From Candidatus Lokiarchaeum ossiferum (lineage in GTDB: Archaea; Asgardarchaeota; Lokiarchaeia; Sigyniarchaeales; Promethearchaeaceae), in NCBI GenBank assembly GCA_025839675.1, contig CP104013.1:4350001-4382000 (forward strand): 32,000 nt of DNA, given 5' to 3'. Of the stretch, positions 7,430 to 15,468 are shown in pieces. The notes beneath the pieces are model-generated. The model worked only from the letters and a program-made list of their open reading frames with translations. It searched no databases and was not told where the DNA came from. The position numbers and the translations under genes are program-made. Each line of letters opens with the position of its first letter. The first letter of the stretch is position 1.

Positions 7430-9886
7430 TCATGAAACTATCTTATTTCCACATGCCACGCAGAAATTACTACCGTCAGGATTTTCTGTACCGCAATTCG
7501 GACATTTTATCGCATTTTCAGACATTGTTTCTTCAAATTCATGAAAATCAGGAAAATGAGCTTCAATTTTTAACCGGAGGTTATCTTCACGACGTTTAAT
7601 ATGTAACATCTTCTGGATATATTGCTCATATTTCTCCCGAATGATCGGAAATATGACTCCGTCTTTAATATCATCCCATAAAGACAAAGTTTCAAAGCTT
7701 TCATATCCAAATGACATTTTACACCATGAAACTGGTGTTAATCCTTCTGATTCTATCAAAGTAAACATTTTTTGTAATGTAGATTGATCGATCGAATAGG
7801 GAGTGATTTCTTGGGATAAATCATCAAGATTATCGGATAGGATAAATAAATTGGCTGCTTCTTCATCAACACACATGATACCGCATATTTTACCCTTTTG
7901 AAATCTCGGATCTTCAACAGAATCTGCAGCAATGTCTAAAGCTCCATGAGAATTTGGATTTGTTAAAAACTCTATCGTTTTTGCTCTTCCAAAATAGCGC
8001 ATTTCAATCCAACTATCTTGCGTTATTTTAGGAAATTCAGTATCTGTCCTTCTTTTATGGTGAATTTCTATTAATTTTTGAATTTCATCACCGGGAAGTT
8101 CTAGTTCTTCAAACACATTATCTTCAAAACCATTTCCTTCTAATTCTGTAAGCCCTAAAAATATTTGATTATTTCTTCGAATGCGAATAAATGCTTTTTG
8201 AAGCATATCTTCCAATTCATCGGGAGATTCAATATCTTTTTCATCCATTGCGATGAAGTCCTTTATTTGAGGGTTTCCTTCTACTTCTTCTTGGCTCCAA
8301 AAATTTGCCCACATTTGCATTCTTCTTAATTCTGGAATCATCCAAATATTTCTGCCGACCCCCATTGAGATCATGCAAACTGAACCGCCAATTTGCATTC
8401 CTTCCTTATTTGCGTAAGAAATAAGTGTTGGTGGGGGGTAAAATACTCTACTGATTGCTTCATCCTTCTGAGCAAGATCATCCAACTCGGACATTGCTGC
8501 AAGCGATGCTTCTAAATCTTTAAATATATCTTGCTGTGCCATAAGAGATGGATCAATTGAACCAAAATCTCCAAAATCACTTTCCAACGCAGCAGTTCCT
8601 GCTTGAAGGATTTTATCCATATTGTTTGGATCCATGACTTGATTGTCATTTTGATTAAAATTCACGTCGCTTGGGGATCGATTGAAGACATCCTCATATT
8701 CTTCTTCAGAAGGTTGTGATTCAGATAGTTTATTTGGAGTCGTTTTTTCTATTTTTGGAATTGCAATTGTTTTTAACGGTTTAAGGGCAATTTTAGCTAG
8801 TTCTGGTTTTTCTAGTTGTGAATTGGGTGTAGATTGTGACTCCGTTGTAATTTTAGTTAAATTTAATGGTGGAATTGCAATTTTTTCAAGTTGCGTTTGA
8901 GTTTTTTCTGTGAGATCTTTCTCTCTTTCTTGAGGTTCATTTCTTTCATCATGAGCCAACATTTCTGAAACTTTTTCTAAATTAAATGGATTTGATGGGA
9001 TTAATGTATCAACATATTCAAAGTGTGATGGATTTCCTGCCATTAAATCTTTCAAGTATTGATTATACTTCAAGATCGGTTTTGAAAATTGTGGTAAAAT
9101 TTCCATAGAGCGCCATTGTGGAAGATTTTGGAGTGCCCAAATGCCATAATCTAATTTAAATCCTCCTGTTGGAGAAAATTGTTTCATTTTAATGAGTTGT
9201 TCAACTGTATCTCTTCCTTTTTTATCAAGACTTAATGGTTGGAGTGTTTTTTCTTTAGTAATATTTTGTGATAGGATGACAAACTGAAATCTTTTTTTGG
9301 ATACGATATTAGTTCCAAAAATTCCACACAAACTCCCTCGAAAATATGCAGACATTTGAGAAAGTTGTTGTAATTCAAGTTTTTCCAAAGAATCTGATTG
9401 GCGGAAAAATTTTTCTCCTGTTCCAATGAATTGAGTGTAGATCGAATTTGTTTTCTTCTCCAAATCGGGATATATCTCATTTTGGTGATAATTTGAGGGC
9501 ATATTTTCAAAATATTTTGTCTTTCTACGAAACCAACTTCTCTCTTCAGTGATTTGCTTGTCAAATGGTTGAGGACCAAGATGTAAAAGACCAATAAAAA
9601 CATAGCCTTTTTTAATAATATATTCAAGTCCCTTAACGATCTGGGTGCTGATCCATGTGATATTTTTGGGATCATCAGAAGGATCTTTTTCCAGAGTAAT
9701 ATATTCCAATTCTTTATCAGAAACTTGAGTCCAAAACGATCTCCAGATCGAAGGATTATATAATTCTTGCACAATTTCTATATTTTTTTCCGGTGTTAAT
9801 GCAAGCATGCCTACAGAATGATTATATTTAATCAATTCTGCCGGATCGGATTCAAACATTACTGGGTAGGGATAAAATAATTTCAC
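7430..9886 (-). CDS. Large two-module protein of unknown family, with an acidic/Pro-rich disordered linker and a C-terminal zinc ribbon (paralog of 9929-11821)
   Basis: 818 aa with GTG start. The N-terminus MKLFYPYP parallels MRLYNPP of its neighbour. A second module starts at VFYPPP (residue 481). C-terminal CPNCGTENPDGSNFCVACGNKI (7433-7504) is a CxxC-x10-CxxC ribbon. I recognise no known catalytic motif. Confidence 0.8.
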   Translation of the reverse strand: MKLFYPYPVMFESDPAELIKYNHSVGMLALTPEKNIEIVQELYNPSIWRSFWTQVSDKELEYITLEKDPSDDPKNITWISTQIVKGLEYIIKKGYVFIGLLHLGPQPFDKQITEERSWFRRKTKYFENMPSNYHQNEIYPDLEKKTNSIYTQFIGTGEKFFRQSDSLEKLELQQLSQMSAYFRGSLCGIFGTNIVSKKRFQFVILSQNITKEKTLQPLSLDKKGRDTVEQLIKMKQFSPTGGFKLDYGIWALQNLPQWRSMEILPQFSKPILKYNQYLKDLMAGNPSHFEYVDTLIPSNPFNLEKVSEMLAHDERNEPQEREKDLTEKTQTQLEKIAIPPLNLTKITTESQSTPNSQLEKPELAKIALKPLKTIAIPKIEKTTPNKLSESQPSEEEYEDVFNRSPSDVNFNQNDNQVMDPNNMDKILQAGTAALESDFGDFGSIDPSLMAQQDIFKDLEASLAAMSELDDLAQKDEAISRVFYPPPTLISYANKEGMQIGGSVCMISMGVGRNIWMIPELRRMQMWANFWSQEEVEGNPQIKDFIAMDEKDIESPDELEDMLQKAFIRIRRNNQIFLGLTELEGNGFEDNVFEELELPGDEIQKLIEIHHKRRTDTEFPKITQDSWIEMRYFGRAKTIEFLTNPNSHGALDIAADSVEDPRFQKGKICGIMCVDEEAANLFILSDNLDDLSQEITPYSIDQSTLQKMFTLIESEGLTPVSWCKMSFGYESFETLSLWDDIKDGVIFPIIREKYEQYIQKMLHIKRREDNLRLKIEAHFPDFHEFEETMSENAIKCPNCGTENPDGSNFCVACGNKIVS

Positions 9887-9928
9887 TTTGATATACCTTT
9901 TGATTTTTTTTTTTAAATAGTTTTATGG

Positions 9929-11821
9929 TCAATATATGCGATACGGTTCTTCTTTCTCCTTGATTTTAATTAGTTCATCCATATATTTTTTATAATTTTC
10001 GAGAACTATTCTTAATGTGTCATATTGTACAGCGTCTTTCCAATATGGGTGTGTATGTAAAGTATCTTCCCCCAAATTAATTTTAAACCAACATAAAGGT
10101 GCCATATTTGTTTGGGATAAAGTTTCAAACATTTCGTTTAATGTTTCGGAGTCGAATTTAGTTCCATAATCTTCAAATGAGTTCGATAAAATATAAAAAG
10201 ATGTCGATTCTTGTGTTGTACAAACGATTCCTGCAGCAAAAGTATTGTCATAGGCAGAATCTACTTTTATTTTTTCTACAATATCTAAAATACTTGGGAA
10301 AGAATCTGCAAACGTAAAATAATGACTTCCCTTACCATACCACTGAACTCGTATATGTCCATCTTGGAGCTTTGGAAATTTTCCGTTTCTGATTTTGGTG
10401 TGATAATATTTTTGTATCCGCCTTAAATTTTTATCATCAATTTCAAGTTCTTGAAATAGACTAAATTCAAAACTATTTGATTCCAACTCTAACATCCCCA
10501 AAAAAGCTTCCGAACCTTTCATTATGTGCTGGAATGCTTGGATATAAGTGTCACGAAGTTGCACTGGATTTTCAAGTTCTAAAAATTGTTGATCCTCTTG
10601 AATATCATAAAAAACATTCTCATCAGTTTCCTTGGTGTTATCATCGTAGTAATATTCCCCCCAGGATAAATTTTCTCTTAAATCGAAAATGCAATTTATA
10701 TTTTCACCAACATCAATCGAAAGAAGTGTCAAAGCACCTCCAATAACTGCTCTTTTTTGATCTCCGTAGGCAAATAGAATTTTTGGTGGATTATAAAGTA
10801 AGCTGACAGCTCTATCTTCTTCAGCTAATTCATTCACTTTATTGAGGGCTTCCATGATTGTTTCCAGATCTTCTTCAATTTCATCTTCCGTCATATTTTT
10901 AATTGAAATTGGTTTGCCAAGATCTTCATCCAAAATATTTTCTACGGTCTTTTCTTCTCGCTTTATAATTAATCCTCGAACATAATCTAAATATTTAGAA
11001 TGAGCTTCTTGAACATCAGGTCGGTCTTTAATCTCATCATATCCATCCAATTGTTCCAATCCGGATAATCCTAAATCTACCTTAAACCATGAAATTGGTG
11101 CGGCTAAGACTCCTTTTTTTAGAAGTTGAAACATTTGATTTAAATTGTTTTTATCAATATGCACTTCAGCGGTTTTTTCTTGCTTGAATATATTATCTGT
11201 TAGAAGAATAAAATTAGCTGCACCTTGGGCGACGGCTACTATCCCAGAAGCATATCCTTGATACGGATACACCATTGCGGCAATATCGTTGAAATTCTTC
11301 TTGTTTGGGATTGTAAAAAAAGCAGATGTTTCCCCAAAAAAGTTGATTTCAACAAATGAGTTTCCACTTCCAGCCGCCTTATATAAATTCGGAAATTCAT
11401 TTTTTACACGACTAGATTTATATAAGTTCATTAATCGGTTTTGATCTTCGAGCTCTAATTCGACTTCATCAAATACAAATGTTTCAAATGCATTTCCTTC
11501 AAATGATGCTACTCCAAATAATATCAATCCCCGTGTCCGAATTCGATTCAAAGATGAAATTATACGACTTGCAAGTTCATTTGAATCATAAAGAGCTTCC
11601 GAATCTTCATGTTTGATATTAATTTTCTCAATTTGATCAGCGATCCGGATATTTTCTTTCCCTTTCCAAAATTCTCCTTGGCTCAACTCTGAAAAAATAT
11701 CCGAAATTTTTATGAATTCTTTTTCCTCATCCATCGCTAAAATGCATTTTGCTCCCGCTAGTTCAACACTATATTTATCACCTTTTGGTAATAACGCTAC
11801 GGGAGGATTATAAAGTCGCAT
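9929..11821 (-). CDS. Two-module protein of unknown family (paralog of 7430-9886)
   Basis: 630 aa from the ATG at 11821, which has GGTGA 5 nt upstream. The ORF-track start at 11833 is TTG. Module A covers residues ~1-295 and module B starts at LLYNPP (nt ~10801). It shares the motifs ...FLG(M/L).ELE.N.FE..(L/V)F.E(L/V)E..., GI(V/M)C/A....(A/S)..F.IL(S/T)(D/N)N and L(N/Q).MF..L......P(I/V/L).W(F/C)K(V/I/M).(L/F)G with the 818-aa protein. Confidence 0.8.
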   Translation of the reverse strand: MRLYNPPVALLPKGDKYSVELAGAKCILAMDEEKEFIKISDIFSELSQGEFWKGKENIRIADQIEKINIKHEDSEALYDSNELASRIISSLNRIRTRGLILFGVASFEGNAFETFVFDEVELELEDQNRLMNLYKSSRVKNEFPNLYKAAGSGNSFVEINFFGETSAFFTIPNKKNFNDIAAMVYPYQGYASGIVAVAQGAANFILLTDNIFKQEKTAEVHIDKNNLNQMFQLLKKGVLAAPISWFKVDLGLSGLEQLDGYDEIKDRPDVQEAHSKYLDYVRGLIIKREEKTVENILDEDLGKPISIKNMTEDEIEEDLETIMEALNKVNELAEEDRAVSLLYNPPKILFAYGDQKRAVIGGALTLLSIDVGENINCIFDLRENLSWGEYYYDDNTKETDENVFYDIQEDQQFLELENPVQLRDTYIQAFQHIMKGSEAFLGMLELESNSFEFSLFQELEIDDKNLRRIQKYYHTKIRNGKFPKLQDGHIRVQWYGKGSHYFTFADSFPSILDIVEKIKVDSAYDNTFAAGIVCTTQESTSFYILSNSFEDYGTKFDSETLNEMFETLSQTNMAPLCWFKINLGEDTLHTHPYWKDAVQYDTLRIVLENYKKYMDELIKIKEKEEPYRIY

Positions 11822-11836
11822 CAAATTCACCAAGTT

Positions 11837-13477
11837 TTATAAGTCAATCATTGAAAAATTTAAATCTAAGGTATGCAAAATCATTGGTAAATCATGCAAT
11901 TCTTCACCTTTCAATAGATCTGTACTCGCGCCATAGTTTGCTCGATCAGGAGTAATTAATCTGACCGTGTTCCACGTATCTAATGGTTTTTTTAAACCTG
12001 ATCGAAGATAGAGACCTAATGAGCCTTGAGGTGCTTCCACAACATCAATAAAATGCTGATTCGGTTCCCACTGAATACCATTTTCCATAATTTCAGATTT
12101 AAGATTCCTTCCATATGAAGATAATCCATGTAGAATGTGCTTGCAGATAGCAATCGATTCTTTAATTTCCCATAATCTTACTTGAGTTCTTGCAAAACTG
12201 TCGCCTTCTTTAAAAGTGATAACATTCCATACTTGAGATATTTCCCCTAAAGTATATGTTAAGTACGGATCATTTAAGCGAACATCAATTGGGATTCCAC
12301 TTCCTCTAATTGAAGGTCCCGTTAATCCGCTCTTAATTGCATTTTCTTGTGAGATTTTGCCAATATGCGCAAGATTTTGACTCACTTTTTGAGAGTATGT
12401 GAAATTATAAATATCATCAAATATCTGGTTTTCACTATCCCTAAAATAGTGATATAAATTTTGAGCCGCTGTCATAGATATATCTGTGGCTGATCCATAG
12501 CTGATGATGCTTAGCAAGTTTTTTGGATCCATGTGATTTTCTAAATGAATGGTGAGTTTCAAGTAATTTCGATAAATTTTTTTCGCCGCTCGTTTCATTC
12601 CAAATAAATCTGCAAGATTTGTGAACCACAATAAATGAGAAAAAATTCGTTCCAGCTCTGCCCCAAGGGTTCGAATAAACTTTGCCTTTAATGGGACTGA
12701 TTTCTCATTGATGAATTCAGACATCTGAGTATATAATAAATAATTATGAAAAGCATGATTTTTTGACAGTTCACTTAATACGGGGGCAAAACCATTGATA
12801 GGATCGGCGTTTTCTAAACGAGGTTGAAATTTTTTGTAGTTCCAGCCGTCCCGAATTTCAACTTTCTGAACAATATTTTCTTGAATATTGAGATCAAAAT
12901 AGTTTGCAGATTTATGAATCTCATCATAAATACCCGTTTTATCTTGAAACTGGGTTTGGGGCTTGAAATCAAAATTAGTTGGTGTACAGTAAAGATCTTC
13001 GTTTGATATTGCTTTATATGCAATATTAATAAATTCTATTCCCATTCGATGAGTTAACGTAGTTTCATGAATTTGGGCGTTCTTATATATTAAAGCAATT
13101 GAATCCAATTCTAATTTTTTTTTAATGACTAACTGGATGATGATTGATGATTTGTGAACAAAAGGGCGATTATGGAATAAGTAGTTTACTTCAAGTGAAT
13201 CTCCGATGTCAGAAGCAAAAATAGAAGACAAATTGAACTTTAAATCCCTGAAATACTTTGCAATATCTTTAATTCGAATTCTATTGACAAGTATCATGTT
13301 ATTATTCTCAGTTGAAATCCTTTTTAGAAAATCTAAGCCCAAAAAATTCTCGAGATTCGTGATTACTGCCTCAATACTAAGTTGCACGTTACGATTAGGT
13401 AAAACCTCACTTTGATGCGTTCTTACATCTGAATTTAGGGATATTTTTGGTAATCTACTTGATTCTGGGCCTTCCAT
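11837..13477 (-). CDS. NuoC-NuoD fusion-like protein (complex I 30-kDa/49-kDa, [NiFe]-hydrogenase large-subunit superfamily), degenerate and orphan
   Basis: NuoC-like part: DSLEVNYLFHN...YKNAQIHETTLTHRMGIEF (compare A-x-W-x-E-R-E-x-x-D-M-F-G-I-x-F). NuoD-like part: AELERIFSHLLWF, GLTGPSIRGSGIPIDVRLNDPYLTY, GDSFARTQVRLWEIKESI, VEAPQGSLGLYLRSG, VRLITPDRANYG. At the position of the hydrogenase RxCGxCxxxH motif it reads LSELSKNHAFH, and the C-terminus is LNFSMIDL. Neither contains any Cys. Confidence 0.75.
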   Translation of the reverse strand: MEGPESSRLPKISLNSDVRTHQSEVLPNRNVQLSIEAVITNLENFLGLDFLKRISTENNNMILVNRIRIKDIAKYFRDLKFNLSSIFASDIGDSLEVNYLFHNRPFVHKSSIIIQLVIKKKLELDSIALIYKNAQIHETTLTHRMGIEFINIAYKAISNEDLYCTPTNFDFKPQTQFQDKTGIYDEIHKSANYFDLNIQENIVQKVEIRDGWNYKKFQPRLENADPINGFAPVLSELSKNHAFHNYLLYTQMSEFINEKSVPLKAKFIRTLGAELERIFSHLLWFTNLADLFGMKRAAKKIYRNYLKLTIHLENHMDPKNLLSIISYGSATDISMTAAQNLYHYFRDSENQIFDDIYNFTYSQKVSQNLAHIGKISQENAIKSGLTGPSIRGSGIPIDVRLNDPYLTYTLGEISQVWNVITFKEGDSFARTQVRLWEIKESIAICKHILHGLSSYGRNLKSEIMENGIQWEPNQHFIDVVEAPQGSLGLYLRSGLKKPLDTWNTVRLITPDRANYGASTDLLKGEELHDLPMILHTLDLNFSMIDL

Positions 13478-13556
13478 ATTGGGTTCCTTTTATTCAATTA
13501 ATTTTAGAAATGGAGAAATGCAGATTTCTCCTACTTAAACATTGGTTTTTAAACAT

Positions 13557-14075
13557 TTAATGCTTTTGAGGTATGAAAAGGTAATTTTGCAGTTGGCGCC
13601 AATTAATAATAGAGTGATGAAAAATAATTTTTTTAGAAATCCCAATCCAAAGTAATCCGATAAGTCCTATTATTTCAGTACTATACACGAGTGGATTATT
13701 AAATAAAGTGTAAAAAAAATCTTCAATTTTCGATTCATATATTGTAATTGGTACTATAGGCCATAGCCAAGGGACTGCTGGAATATCTAATAATAAATGA
13801 AACAAAGTTCCGATTCCAAAAGACGAAGCTACATTCTTGTTTTTCGTTAGTAGAAATAAAATCAAGCTTATAATTCCCAATAAAAGCGGGGTATGGAAAT
13901 ATCCTCTTCCTCCAGCAATCCCAAAAATGAGAAACAATGGTTTATCTATAAGATCTGGAAAGATAGATCCTACAATAATCCAGAATATATGTATTTCTGG
14001 TTTTTTTTCCTTTTTAATCAACAATAATATTTCAACACAAAGTAATGGGACAAATATATGGAATAAGATGAACAT
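13557..14075 (-). CDS. Membrane-bound metal-dependent hydrolase-like protein (DUF457/YdjM-like), putative
   Basis: 172 aa and polytopic. IFPDLIDKPL, GGRGYFHTPLL and LFHLLLD resemble the LPDIDH / GHRGxTHS / SHLxxD pattern of DUF457 proteins. The first motif lacks the His. Confidence 0.45.
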   Translation of the reverse strand: MFILFHIFVPLLCVEILLLIKKEKKPEIHIFWIIVGSIFPDLIDKPLFLIFGIAGGRGYFHTPLLLGIISLILFLLTKNKNVASSFGIGTLFHLLLDIPAVPWLWPIVPITIYESKIEDFFYTLFNNPLVYSTEIIGLIGLLWIGISKKIIFHHSIINWRQLQNYLFIPQKH

Positions 14076-14083
14076 TTGTTAAG

Positions 14084-15406
14084 CTAAATAATGAAGCGTG
14101 ATAAATAAACAAAAGCAACTGCCATAAAAGTAATGATTCCACTCATTTTCAGTGCCATTTTTAATAAATAATTGTAGGATAAGGGCTTTGGGGTGAATTT
14201 ATCTGTTTTTTGCAAAATAGAATCAATTTGTGGTAATCCAAAGCCTTGTGTATATTCTGGAAGTTGCAAAATCATTGAATTTTGTTGAAATAAAGACACT
14301 AAATCTGTTGAAGTACAATTTGGGACAACTTGTAGGAATAATGCTGCAAAACCCGCAAAAATGGCCGCCGCACTTGATGTTCCTGATATTCTAGAACTTG
14401 TTGCAGGAACATTTTTTCCAGGAAGGACAAATGTTGGTTTTAATTGTGAGGATTTGTTAAATGAAGCGCTTGAATTTCTACCTGAAAAGAAGAGCTTTTT
14501 ATATTGTTGATCGACTGCTCCAATACATATTACGTTTGGATTCATACTTGGATTACCAATATTCCCCGGATCTGGTCCTAAGTTTCCTGTTGGTGCTATT
14601 AGAATTATATTTTTTGAGGACAATAACGGTAAATAATGGCTGAATAAATCATCTGAAACGCCTTTAGAGCCTGTAGAACATCCAAAAAGCAGAATATGGG
14701 GCATTTCTTCTTGTGGTAAATCAAGTAGGTTTTCTAACCCTTGTATTATATCACTTAAAGTTGAAGATCCATCAGAATCAAAAACTTTAATGTCGATTAG
14801 TTTAATATTGGGGGCAATTCCCGCAAATAAATTTTGAGAGTTCTGTCCCGACCCAACAATGATACTGGCTAAATTCGTTCCATGAAGGTTATAGTGATTT
14901 GAATCTCCAATCGAATCTCCAATTTGTTTGATCTGTTTTTTAGAATATCCTAATTTATTAGGATCAATTCCTGAGTCTAGTATTGCAATGCGAATGCCTT
15001 TGCCGGTAATTTCTTCATAGGAATTATGAATTTCTTCAAGATTTATTTCTTCATTAAATTCTTCTCCACATAAATAGATTGGATAGTTACCATATATTCT
15101 AATGATTTCGTGGTTATCTGATAACTGGTAACATTCCTGGTACGTCGATTCTAACAATGCTATAGGAAAATGATGAAATTCTGATAGTATCTTCAATTTT
15201 ACATTTGAATCAGCCTGAGAATTTTTAATATTATTAACAAACTGTTCCAATTGTTCCAAATCTCCAAATTGGACGAGATAATTAATGATTATTTCGTTTG
15301 ACAACCTTTCCAAATCGAATTCATTTTCCAGTAATTCAATCGGAGAATGTTTCGCCACCCAAAGCTCAATGGGATCAAAATTTTCATGGAATTTGGATAT
15401 AATCAT
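14084..15406 (-). CDS. Subtilisin-like serine protease (peptidase S8) with a C-terminal TM anchor and no signal peptide
   Basis: Catalytic motifs in canonical order: IAILDSGID (Asp144), HGTNLASII (His175), APTGNLG (oxyanion Asn275), SGTSSAAAIFAG (Ser344). One hydrophobic helix at ~417-437, 3 residues from the C-terminus. The N-terminal ~130 aa are hydrophilic and acidic. GAGGT Shine-Dalgarno ~10 nt upstream. Confidence 0.8.
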   Translation of the reverse strand: MIISKFHENFDPIELWVAKHSPIELLENEFDLERLSNEIIINYLVQFGDLEQLEQFVNNIKNSQADSNVKLKILSEFHHFPIALLESTYQECYQLSDNHEIIRIYGNYPIYLCGEEFNEEINLEEIHNSYEEITGKGIRIAILDSGIDPNKLGYSKKQIKQIGDSIGDSNHYNLHGTNLASIIVGSGQNSQNLFAGIAPNIKLIDIKVFDSDGSSTLSDIIQGLENLLDLPQEEMPHILLFGCSTGSKGVSDDLFSHYLPLLSSKNIILIAPTGNLGPDPGNIGNPSMNPNVICIGAVDQQYKKLFFSGRNSSASFNKSSQLKPTFVLPGKNVPATSSRISGTSSAAAIFAGFAALFLQVVPNCTSTDLVSLFQQNSMILQLPEYTQGFGLPQIDSILQKTDKFTPKPLSYNYLLKMALKMSGIITFMAVAFVYLSRFII

Positions 15407-15468
15407 TAAAAAGAGACCTCAGTAAATAAAATAAGATGAAGACCTTTAAAAATATACAAGGTAAAAGA

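Noticed and set aside
9232-9774. 180-aa ORF on the minus strand, inside the 818-aa gene in another frame.
   Set aside because: It is fully nested in a longer ORF that has clear paralog support. Its composition (Lys/Leu/Ile/Asn-rich, with no motifs) is typical of out-of-frame AT-rich translation.
11837-13477. Taking the NuoCD-like gene as evidence of a respiratory complex I or energy-converting hydrogenase operon.
   Set aside because: No NuoB-like, membrane, ferredoxin-like or maturation subunits occur anywhere in the window. The Ni-Fe cysteine motifs are absent, and the neighbours are unrelated to respiration.
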